A stretch of DNA of 64,000 nucleotides from Octopus sinensis. Taxonomy: Eukaryota. Below, piece after piece: positions 52,320-64,000 of the stretch; position 1 is the stretch's first letter; each line of letters opens with the position of its first letter. The position numbers and the translations under genes were made by a program. The notes beneath the pieces are model-generated. The model was not told the origin of the DNA, did not search any database, and saw nothing but the letters and a program-made list of their open reading frames with translations. The stretch is taken from the NCBI RefSeq assembly GCF_006345805.1, contig NC_043020.1, positions 17,112,001 to 17,176,000 of the forward strand, read 5' to 3'.

Positions 52320-52999
52320 GATTAGAGGAGTGGGGCTGGTGGGGTATAGATAATTTGAGTCATTTCCTAATTTTTAAAACATTATGAGTTTTACAGAGAA
52401 TTAATGTAATCATATGATCTGGGGCTAGTTCAAAGGGTCTTGTAAATAGTTTTGCAGACTTATTATCTAGCCTAACCCATGTCAGCCTTGATCAAACAGT
52501 CCTATGAGGAAAGGCATTCCAGCCATGACCATCCCATCAGGGTTCTTGTAATGGGGGTAAAGTATACAGGGATTAGTTGTGCCCTGCCTTTTATTACTGT
52601 ATGAATGGCATACAATTAAAATAACCTGCTCCAGTCATTATGTAAATTTTCTAAATGGTGTCATAATGGGTATATAATGGTGTGTGTGCGTGTGCCTGCT
52701 TACCATCAGAGATAAATGTTAGGTTTTCTGTAGGTGCAAGCATGGCTCTGTGGTTAAGAAATTTGCTTTGTAACCAGGTGGTTTTTTTTCTCAGGTTTGA
52801 TCGCACATTAGACAAGTAGTGTCATCTTCTATGGCTTCGGATTGGCTGATGCCTTGTGAGTGGGAGGTTTGCTTCCCAACCTAATGGTTCTGGGTTCAGT
52901 CCCACTGCATGGCACCTTGGGAAAGTGTCTTCTACTGTAGCCTTGTGCCAACCAAAGCCTTATGAGTGGATTTAGTTGACAGAACCTGAAAGAAGTCTG

Positions 53000-53041
<42 letters not shown>

Positions 53042-53336
53042 CTGATGAAAGCTTGAGGGTATATCAGCCAGAGGACAAACATCCATCAAATGTAAATAAT
53101 GTAAATAATTTTTACTTAATCATAAAACGGATTTTGTGCATGATAGTTGTGTATCAAAAAAAACAAAAAACGATAAACATTAGAAGACAAAGTTTTAAAC
53201 AAAATGAAAGCAACTGCATCCAAATCAAAAGAAGTTGCTGTCTGTTATTGTTGTTCATTCTCATTGATGGAGAAATAATGTGAATACCAGTGTAGTGGCA
53301 ACTTAATATTTATTTATTTGTTTCTTCTTTCTACAG

Positions 53337-53400
53337 TTATGAAAGCATGAAGAGCTTATGTGATCGCTATAATAAAGCTATTGACAGCATCTTGCAGTTA
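53337..53400 (+). CDS. DOT1L: DOT1L coding exon (64 nt, phase 2/0)
   Basis: tttcttctttctacag|T TAT GAA AGC...CAG TTA|gtaagt. Encodes YESMKSLCDRYNKAIDSILQL versus human [21 protein letters not shown]. Not in the ORF track; phase matches the previous exon. Confidence 0.95.
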
Positions 53401-55013
53401 GTAAGTGGACCCTTTTTCCTTTCTTTCTCTACACTTTTTTTTCTCTTCATTTTTACATCATCATAAGTTATTAAAATTTTAAAATTTGTTAACTGAAGCA
53501 TTCTCTGTGTTGTTTTTAGTCATCATAGCAGTTGTTGTTAGTTGTACGTGGAGCTACTGGAGAAGGTTGAAAATGTATTATAATTAATTCAACCTAAAAT
53601 ATATCGACCAGCTGAATATAGTACATTGTTCAAAGATTGAAATGCTCTTGCATAAAAGAATATTTCAGATGGTTTGGAGACTTTTCCTATTGTACTTGAC
53701 CATTTCATAACAATACAGTTAAAAAAAAAATATCTATTTCAATTAATTTTGAATTTCAAGGGATTTAGTGTACCGTATTTTCTAGTATGCTTGTTGATGT
53801 ATATATAACATAAACATGTTGTGTAAATATTCAAACATTGTCACTATTTTTCCAAATCCTGCTACATTTCACAAGTTGTCTTGATGTATAAGCTGACTTA
53901 CCGTTTTTGGCTGTAAATTTTGATCTAGAAATTTTGACTTGGATGCCAGAAAATATGGTAATAACTTTGTAATTTATTAGATAAAACTATGATGTAAGGT
54001 GATTTTGTATTAAAGAACCAGAAGTAGTTAGTTAGTTTGGCTCAAAAAACAAAAAGCAAGGCCATGTAGGGGGACATGGAGTTATGTACAGGGTAGTGTT
54101 CATGTAAAGAGTTCAGGCCACTTGTGGTCAAGGGAGACTTTGAACCGAGTGGTCGTTTGTGGCTAGTTTATATCAAAAGGGTTAAGAAAAGGTTTTTGGG
54201 TGATTGGTAAAGTATTAGGTTTTTCAGTAAATAGAGGCCAAATCCCTGTATGGAATCACTGTATAGATTAGTTTTGCCAACTGTATTAACTATCAAGAAA
54301 AATATAAACAGTTCTACATCTTGCTCCAAAGTTTTCTTAGCTCTAAAAGCTTTATCCTGATCAATAAGGAAATCATTATGGAATTTGCTCAATGAGGTCA
54401 TCATAGTCAGTTGAATCTTCCTTCTGTCTGTTGCACCTTTTAGCATTCAGATTATGTTGTAAAATGTAATGCTCATTCATTCACATTTATCAATATTGTT
54501 TAACATCCACCTCCCATGCTGGCATGAGTTAGATGGTTTGGCAGGAGCTGGCCTGGCAGGAGCCAGCACCAGACTTCTGTGTCTGTTTGGCACAGTTTTG
54601 CCCTTCTTAACACCAACTACCCAGCAGAGTGGATAGAATGCTTTTTACATGGCACAAGCACAGACGAGGTCAGTTTTGGCATGGTTTTTACAGCTGGATG
54701 CCCTTCCAAACACCAACCACTTCACAGTGTGGACTGGATGCTTTTTGCATGGTACCAACACCGCAAGACAAAAATCCTTGAGGATTTTGAATTAATCATG
54801 TATTATCTTGTAGCTTTGAAATTTAAATGAGTGGTTGGTATTAGGAAGGGCATCCAGCCGTAGAAACATTGCCAGATCAGACTGGAGTCTGGTGCAGCCT
54901 TCTGGCTTCCCAGACCCCAGTTGAACCGTCCAACCCATGCTAGCATGGAAAGCGGATGCTAAACGATGATGATGATAATTTATTATTAGAATAACATTGT
55001 AGGGTTGGTGTAA

Positions 55014-55373
<360 letters not shown>

Positions 55374-56126
55374 TGAGAATCCATGTTCTTGCATTCAAGT
55401 AGGATGTCCACATCATGAAGAATACTCTGTGTGTAGGAGATCTTGTTATTGCTAATCTTGGTTCTGTCTTTTCAAAGGCATGTAGGAAGGACTTAATTAT
55501 CTGTGTCCTTATCTTTCCTAATACCAAGTGTGATTTAAGGGAGTTTTTTTCTAGCTGCTATTTCTAAAAGCGTGAGTGACCACATAGAGGTTTTCTCATT
55601 AGCTTGTGTGTAAGGTATGTAATTTTAATTGGAATTACATAAACACACACATGCACACAACAGGCATCTCTTGTACACACTAAGTGGACACACCCGCCCA
55701 CATGTATGTGCATGGCCTGTAATCAAACACAGAGTCCAAATCTGATGCCAAGGCAAAGCAAGACCAGCCTCTTTTGCCAAACCAAGTTACGGGGACATAA
55801 ACATACCAACATTGGCGATCAAATGATGGCTGGAGGACAAACACAGACACAAATACGTATGTACACACACACACACAAATATGTACGTACACACACACAC
55901 ATATATATATGCCTGGCTTCTTTCAGTTTCCATCTACCAAATCCACTCAGAAGGCTTTGGTCAGCCTGAGGCAATAGTAGAAGACGCTTATTCAAGGTGC
56001 CATGCACTGGAACTGAACCTGGAACCATGTAGTTGGGAAGCAAGCTTCTTACCACACAGCCACTCCTGTGCCTCTCTCTCTCTATATATATATATATACA
56101 CACACATATGCACACACACGCACACA

Positions 56127-57868
56127 CTAACAGTAATACCTGTCGTTGATTAGGTAGTTACGTTTACTGTTTCCTAGGTGCTACATTCAAAGTATTATTA
56201 TATACCGTATTTTAACGTGTATAAGGAACCCTTTTTGTTAAAAATTAGGTTAAAAAATATGGGAGTTTCTTATACATGGATAACATTGTTATCCCTTACA
56301 AAACCTTTTTTCCAGATTTTAAGCCCCCAAAATGAAGGTTCCTTATACAAGTTAAAATACAATCTATAATTTACTCTTCCTATATGTGTATATTTTTATA
56401 AGAGAAAAAAAGATGAATTTCATACATGAACTTCTGTTTGTTTATTATATGATAATAATGAGTTGTATATGTTATTTTATTTATCAGTACAGTAGTGACA
56501 ATTATATAGTACAGTTAATTTAAATAGGTAATTTAATCATTCTTGAATGTAATGATAGTAATGGCAAATTAAATTATTGAAGTATTCATATTGCATTAAG
56601 AGTGAATGTTTCTTTATAAGCAATGTTTTTCGTTTTATTTTGGGGTGCATAAGCAAAGATTTGCTTTTGGTCCTACATGTGATGCTCCTACATAAAGTTG
56701 GCCATGTGAAAAGCATGGTTCTTAAAAACATAATAATTGAAGAAAGAGAATTGAAAGATTCAGTTTCTACGTGAATGAAGATAGAAAAATAGCTATGTCA
56801 TATAGAAGAATAGCTTTACAGAATGTAGTTGACTGTGTGATGGCATTGAAAAGGCCACAGGTCAAGTAGAACACCCATTTGTCACGGTTTCTTTTGACAT
56901 TTGAATTTGAATAGGTCGTATGGCCAAGGAGAATTGAAAGATTCAGTTTCGAATCTGAACCAGGGAGAGACTTACCCCTACAGATTTAGATTTACTCCTC
57001 CTGCATGTCTGCATTTTATAAGAGAAAAACATGTAATAATTGAAGTGGAAAAAAGATTGATATCATACACGTTAAGTTATTGAAGTATTCATGTTGCATT
57101 AAGTGTGAATATTTCTTAACCCTTTAGTGTTTGCATTATTCTGCCAAAATTAATCCTTTTTTATCCACATTGTTTTGAACTAATCATGCATTATCTTGTA
57201 GCTATGAGATTTCAATGAGGTAGCTGTTAATTTTTAAAACGATATTGTAGGGTTGGTCTGAGAGACCAGATCTGGCCAGTTTGAACATAAAACAGGCAGA
57301 ATACTATTGGCCGGATATGGCCGGTTTAAATGCTAAAGGGTTAATAAACAATAATTTTTTTGTTTTATTTCAAAGTGCATAAGCAAAAAGATTTGCTTTT
57401 GGTCCCACACATGATGCTCCTGTAAAATGTTGGCTATGTGAAAAGCATGGTTCAAGTTGCAATCCAGCAACTTCTAGTGTTTGGTCCTTTTTATTAATGT
57501 TCACAGCAAAAGAAACATGGGTAGAAAACTGTAACCACTTAAATTGGAATGGAACATTAGATGGTATAACTGTTATGCGAGGAATGAAGACGGTCTCACC
57601 TTTACCACAATCAGTGCGAATATTTACTTCAATGCAGTTCCTCATGCATTTGTGCACAATTAGTGTTGTATACCATTGCATAATTTTGAGACAAATTAGG
57701 TAATAGCATAATAGCTTACCCTGAACCAGGTACTTTCATTTTGCCAGAGAAAGATAGAATTTTCATTTTATATATATAGAAAAAGCATAATAGCTTCCTC
57801 TAAACCATTTACTTTCATTTTGCTGGACAAACAAACAGAGAGAATCTCTCTTTTATGTATATAGAAGA
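56127..57868 (-). mobile_element. Decayed Helitron with Pif1-helicase C-terminal fragments and nested MITEs
   Basis: ORF 57370-57681 contains GETVFIPRITVIPSNVPFQFKWLQF..VSFAVNINK.DQTLEVAGLQLEPCFSH, matching the Helitron helicase IPRI...FAMTINKSQGQ...FSHGQ motifs. A second partial copy lies at ~56560-56725. 5' TCTTCTATATA-like end at ~57868; degenerate 3' end at ~56127. Confidence 0.78.
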
Positions 57869-57966
57869 TATATCACTGCACCTATATATATATATATATA
57901 TATACAAACACACACACATGTAAGTATTGTAAATGTACTTTATAAATTTTTGTGAAGACATTGTGA

Positions 57967-58311
<345 letters not shown>

Positions 58312-58719
58312 TAGCTCACTAGCATTTCACCTGTCTTAGTGGCATTTCATCTGTCTTTATGTTCTGAGTTCAAATCCTGTTGAGGTTGACTTTATCTTTC
58401 ATCCTTTTGAGGTTGATAAAATAAGTACCAGTTGAGGACTGGGGTATTCATAATCTACTTACCCCATCCCCTGAAGTTGCTGGCCTTGGGCCAAAATTTG
58501 GAACCATTATTATTATTGTTATTGTTTAGGCAACAGAATCATTAGCACACCAGACAAAATACTTAGCAGCATTTCTCCAGCCTTATGTTCTGAGTTCAAA
58601 TTCAACTGAGGTTGACTTTACTCTTCATCCTTTTGGGGTCAATAAAAAGAAAATGTTGAGCACTGGTGTTGGTGCAATCAACTATCACCCTCACCCAAAA
58701 ATTTCAGGCTTTGTGCCTG

Positions 58720-59420
58720 TGAGGTAGGGAGTGGTGTTGGTATAGAGGTGAGAGTGGTTTTGGCATAGAGATGGGAGTGGTGTTACTCTTGATACAGGAG
58801 GTGGTATTGGCTTAGAAACAGGAATGGTGTTGGTGTAGAGGTGGGAGTAGTGTTGGTGCAGAAGTGAGGGCTGTTGGCATAGAGGTGGGTGTGGTGTTGG
58901 CATTAGAGGTGGGAGTGGCACCAAGTGGGAGTGGTGCTGAAGCAAGGGATGTTGGTGCAGAAGTGGGAGGTGTTGGCATAGAGGTGAGGGTGACACCAGC
59001 ATAGAGATGGGAGTAGTGTTGATATTGAGGTGGGAGTGGTTTTGTAATGTAAAAATAGGAGTGTTGTAATGTCACTGTAGAGGTGGCTGTGATATTGGTG
59101 TGTTAATGTAGAGTAGGAGTGGTAGTGTCATGTTAGCACAGATGCAGGAGTAGTATTGTTGTTTTGTTGTATAGATGGGACTACTCTTTCTGAAGTGCAA
59201 ATATTGATGTAAGAATGGTACTGTAGTGCCATTGCAGATGGCATAAGTTGTGTTGATGGTATCGCTGTATTGTTTGTGATGGATGAGAGAGAAGTGTAGA
59301 AGTGGGTGAGAATGGTGTTGTAGTGTTAGTGCAGGGGTGGATATTTAGTGTGAAGGTAAGAGTGATGTGTGGAGATGGCATTGCTGTTGTGATGCAGAGA
59401 GGGGAATGGTGTTCTAGTGC
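58720..59420. repeat. Degenerate G/T-rich ~23-bp minisatellite
   Basis: Recurring gtggtgttggcatagaggtggga units decaying to the right. Confidence 0.8.
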
Positions 59421-59884
59421 TTCTCACCTGAAAAAATACACTCCTGAATAACGCAGAATCCATCCTACAAGAGCCATGGCCACAAGGTAGAGTTTAAACC
59501 TGTGAGAATCTATATTACAGCAAAAGGTTTGAGAAAATTCATTGTGTGTGCAAAACATCAGAATTGTGTTGAATACTAGTGGCACAGAATGCAGATTCAG
59601 TGAGAAGAACTTGAGAAATGTCTCTTGTTTTGTAGAATTTCTTATTGTTTCAAAAGTGACTAAATATTTCCTGGTGCAGAAAAGGAAGTGTTTGCTGTTA
59701 GGGAAGGAAGTTTCCAATTTTATAGAGAACCACAGTGGGACTATAGGAAAATCAAATTAGTGGTACATAAAATGCTTGTTGATTACCTGCTTTTAATAAG
59801 TAAGGCCAGTGGTGTCATTAGCACTATATGACTGCTTTTAGTGAAAGATAAATATGGATTCTGTAAATGATAATTGTAGGCTGT

Positions 59885-60222
59885 AAGCTTATAAATATTC
59901 ACCGTGTATTGCTATAGAAAATAATCTAATATTGGGGCATATAAGCCCTTGACAGAAAAGAATGGATATTAGTACATGTGGGAATCGAACCTACGCCCCC
60001 TTTTTTTCTGTCAAGAGCTTATACACTCCAATATCAGACTATTAGGTTGTCCCAAAAGTTCGTAAACACTTGCAAAAATTGAATTTTTACTCGCCAAGTA
60101 CTAACAAAAACAACAAAAATTATTCCTCAAAATAAAGACCATTATTTTCCAAGACTTTCTACGAACTTTTGGGACAACCTTATATTTTCTATTGCCGATA
60201 CATGGCAAATGCTTATAAACTT
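59885..60222. mobile_element. Long-TIR fold-back element with a nested mariner-type MITE (60042-60182)
   Basis: Outer arms atagaaaataatctaatattgg..ataagcccttgacagaaaa / ttttctgtcaagagcttat..ccaatatcagact..tattttctat; inner ta-ttaggttgtcccaaaagttcgta...tacgaacttttgggacaacctta-ta. Confidence 0.75.
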
Positions 60223-60705
60223 AAGCTTTTAATTATTATTTACAAAATTTTCACTTGTCACCATATCTTAATTTAATGCTGAATACAAGTATATAATGTA
60301 AAATTGTGGCAGTAATTGCTTACTATATTTCAGTGGTCTAACAGCTCTGTGTTCCAAACTATTACATTTAGTTTGGAAATAAAGTTCTCTTTGATGAGGA
60401 TGCTGATTGGAGTTCAGACTGGAAGAAACAAAGTAAATGTGAATGTTAAACAAATTTTCCATCTCTGAAGATGTACTCTGGAACATTATGGTCTTATATA
60501 TATTGTAGTAAGGCCATAATCAGTAGGTTTAATCCCACTGTGTGGCACCTTAGGCAAATGTCTTCTCCTATAGCCCTGTGCCAACTTAAGTTTTATGAGT
60601 GGATTTGATAGAGGGGAAACTGAATGAAGCCTGTCATGTATGTGTGTGTATATATATATATATATATATGTTTATATATGCATCTGGGTCTCCTGGTCTT
60701 GATGT

Positions 60706-61151
60706 TGTAACAGGATTAGGTTCGGTAACACTGGAGGGGTGTCCGATCTGATCCCGTCACATACAATTCAAGTAGAATAACAGAGACAAAGTCAGGCGGT
60801 CTACGATCACCGTAAGTGGTGGTTTATTCTCGGTTACAGGCAACAACTAGTGCACGTGTTCACTTGTGGGAAACCAGCAGCCGAATCCGCAGGACTGATT
60901 GCTATGCTTTCTTGCTGCGAGTCAAAACGATTCGTTGGGATCACTCCCGCTTCGTTGGGGTGAGGTTCTCAGAGTGAAAGTCAAGACACGTCCGTCCCCT
61001 AGCGCCGCTTATGCCAGAAAGGATGATTTTGCGATCCGCGATGCAAGTTTCAGTTCCTGCACATGCGCATGAGGAAAAACTTCCGGTGGCCAACCGGAAG
61101 TAGTCCAATTCTGCACATGTGCGCTAAACCTTACACAGTAGCGTCACTACA
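60706..61151 (-). mobile_element. Solo LTR (446 bp) of an LTR retrotransposon, probably Ty3/Gypsy
   Basis: TGTA...TACA termini; 4-bp TSD atgt (60702-60705 / 61152-61155); AATAAA on the minus strand (60823-60828); CpG-rich; splits an older SINE. Confidence 0.82.
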
Positions 61152-61375
61152 ATGTTGTATGATAGATGTAAATGAGCATCACCATTCTACAAATGATACC
61201 ATTCCAGTTTACTGTAAAATAACATGTTCAACCATTGTGCTGTTTATGTTCAAAGGACTAAGGGAAATATTGTTTTGCTTAGAAGCAGGCGAAAGTTGGC
61301 ATGAGGAAGTGGAGCATCAACCAGAGAAAATCTACTCTGACATATTTTGTCTGATCCATGCAAGCATAGAAAAGT

Positions 61376-61712
61376 ATGCGAGGGTTGGTTGAAAAGTTCA
61401 TAGACTGACCAAGATACTCTCATGGATTGTGACCAAATGAGGTTTATTTTTCAGCATAGACCTCCTTGTGGTCCACGCACTTCTTCCATTTGCGTTGTAG
61501 CGCTTGGATCCCATTGGTGAAGAAGCTTTCCTCCTATTGGTCAAAAAGAAAGTAATCAACAGCTGATATGACATCATCGTCACTGCAATAGTGGAAAGAA
61601 ACAATGAAGTTATTCATTAATTAGAAGAGTTAGAATTGATGCATGCAAAATTTCATAGCTCTAGCTTCATGCCTTCATAGTCAGCCTATGACATTTTTAG
61701 CCTGCCCTCATG
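61376..61712. mobile_element. Mariner-type MITE / deletion derivative
   Basis: cgagggttggttgaaaagttcatagactgac...gtcagcctatgacatttttagcctgccctca inverted termini. Confidence 0.65.
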
Positions 61713-61762
61713 TTAAAACAATGTTGATATTCTGATGATGATGTATTAAAGTATTTGACTAG

Positions 61763-61969
<207 letters not shown>

Positions 61970-62286
61970 TGAATTTTTGACTTACAAATCTTAATGATTC
62001 CGAATGCAACTGGTTGGACTGGTGTTGAGGTAAAGAACTGTTTTATACAACAACAACTGTATAACGTCTTAAGTGCAAATGTTAAATGTTAAGAAATTTA
62101 TTCTACTATGAGTGTTATTGTATGTATGGATGTATAACAACATCCCCATGTGACAGGCTTGATAATTGTTGAAAGGTTTCTCGCTTCATGAAACCATTGG
62201 TAGCCTTTTTAACCCACATATTTATCCACCAATGTGGTGTTGAACACTCATTCTTGCTGTTCGATATTAATATATTTATGTATATA

Positions 62287-62341
<55 letters not shown>

Positions 62342-63563
62342 TAAAGTAAAGACTTTTTTCAGTCATGGATGACCATCAGATTGCACCCAGAAAATTCCCC
62401 TTCTGAGGCACAAGTCCAGGCAAGGCTGTTTAAGGAAGACCAGCAGTTGCCCATGCATACCAGCCTTCCCTTTTCACGCCACCGATGTTATCCAAGGGAA
62501 AGGCAAAGGCCAATATAGTTTGGCACCAGTGATGTCGCAAATCATTTCTACAGCTGAGAGAACTGGAGCAACTTGAAATAAAATGTCTCGCTCAAAAACA
62601 CAGCATACAGCTTGGTCCTGGAATTGAACTTACAGCTTCATGATTGTGAGCCCGATCCTCTAACCACTGTGCCATGCACCTTCACATATAAATACACACA
62701 CACATACACACACAGAGGGTGTGGTGAATATATTGTCGTCTAAATTACGCAAAAATGAAAATAACACTAACATCTCATTTTAACAGATATATTTTAACAG
62801 ATATATTTACCAAAATTACACAAAAATATCTTGAACTACTACAGCAAGGAAGGGTATCTGACTGTAAAGCAATATCCGAATAATATATTTGTCTGACCTA
62901 TTTTCCTCCAGGCCTTGCTATAACTTTCCAGAAAAATGTATGCCCCACCTGTGGTTGGAAAAAGACAACTTTATTTTTAATATTTTATCACAATTATTTA
63001 ATACAAAGGAATCTAGTGATAACTCTTTTATTAAGTACTGAGTACAAAAAGGTATATTATTGAGTAAGAAAAAATAATTTTACCACTTCCACATCCTACT
63101 AAAAAAAAGAAGAAAAAATTTGGATCCCACACTCCACCACAAGTTTCTCTGGCATCATGTTGGGAATCACTGGTTTAACCCTTTAGTGTTCAGATTAATC
63201 TGTTAAATGTAATACTTTTTTCACTCAAATCGTTTTGAATTAATCATACATTATCTTATAGCTTTGAAGTTTCAATGGTATAATAGTTTATTCTTAGAAT
63301 GTCAATGTAGGTTAGGTGTGAGAGGCTAAATATGGCCAGTTTGAATGTAAAAACATGTAGAATATTTGGGCTGGATATGGCCGGCTTAAACACCAAAGGG
63401 TTAACTCATGCTAGCACAGAAAAGCAGATGTCAAACAAACAAAATACACATGCACACAACAAAAAATTTTGAAATGTCATTTGAAAATCTGCATTAATTT
63501 CCTAAATTGATTTTCAGTTCAATAAAAAGTATATCAAAATCTAATTTCTTTTCCAAATTTCAG

Positions 63564-63626
63564 AACATGGACAAAGTTTTTGTTAAATGGATGAAATGGT
63601 ATGGTAAAAAACATGGACAATACCAG
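63564..63626 (+). CDS. DOT1L: DOT1L coding exon (63 nt, phase 0/0); gene continues beyond the window
   Basis: ttccaaatttcag|AAC ATG GAC...TAC CAG|gtaaat. Encodes [21 protein letters not shown] versus human [21 protein letters not shown]. Confidence 0.95.
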
Positions 63627-63659
63627 GTAAATGATACTTATTCTGAATTCTGTTCATAT

Positions 63660-64000
63660 TTAGAATTTTAAGTTCATCAACAGCTGACTTGGCAGACACC
63701 CATAAAATTATCAACCATCGAACAAACAATAACTCTGAGCACCTTTTCAAACTCCACCCGTTTAACATCCGTGGACATATTTACAAAGTCAGAAAACAGC
63801 ACAGCTCCCATGACTTCAGGAAACATTTTTTCATGCTGAGAGTTGCTGAAGCATGGAACAAACTGCCGGCATCAGTTGTTAGTTGTCGGAGCACTGCATC
63901 CTTCAAAACTTCCATGCTTTCTGAGATTCGCCAACACTACACTTGATTTTCTCCCCTCCATACACACACAAGCATGTATCTGACTCATGCATTGTTCACT
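63660..64000 (+). mobile_element. CR1/L2-group LINE 3' fragment
   Basis: ORF 63689-63946 ...IRGHIYKVRKQHSSHDFRKHFFMLRVAEAWNKLPASVVSCRSTASFKTSML matches the RGH..K...R..FF..RV...WN.LP..VV......FK..L C-terminus of CR1-type ORF2. Confidence 0.8.

Noticed and set aside
54020-54446. ORF 54168-54446 as a host exon or gene
   Set aside because: No DOT1L similarity or convincing domain; probably a decayed LINE fragment next to an (AACT)n-tailed repeat, too degenerate to classify.
58691-59075. Pro/His/Thr-rich ORFs on the minus strand
   Set aside because: Derived from a degenerate G/T-rich minisatellite in a DOT1L intron.

Overview
AT-rich, microsatellite- and retroposon-dense animal genomic DNA. The SINE/MITE repertoire points to an octopus (coleoid cephalopod); this is inferred from repeat types, not from a database match. 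The only protein gene I can support is DOT1L (histone H3K79 methyltransferase) on the + strand. Six coding exons with canonical AG/GT ends and consistent phases (52105-52179, 53337-53400, 55149-55283, 58108-58198, 61797-61891, 63564-63626) splice into one frame covering most of the N-terminal catalytic domain (YGETS, [22 protein letters not shown]). The first exons were not found, so 1-52104 is probably a very large intron or upstream region. The rest is nested transposons: four tRNA/RTE-type SINE families, TTAA, hAT and mariner MITEs, a mariner pseudogene, Helitron pieces, a solo LTR, a CR1-type LINE end and Penelope-like remnants. The most notable signal is three sequence families of minimal hammerhead-ribozyme motifs (seven copies). 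One family belongs to a head-to-head palindromic element combining a tRNA-like Pol III promoter with a hammerhead tail. Several long intronic hairpins are candidate ADAR substrates. Nearly all ORFs in the supplied track are repeat or microsatellite artefacts.
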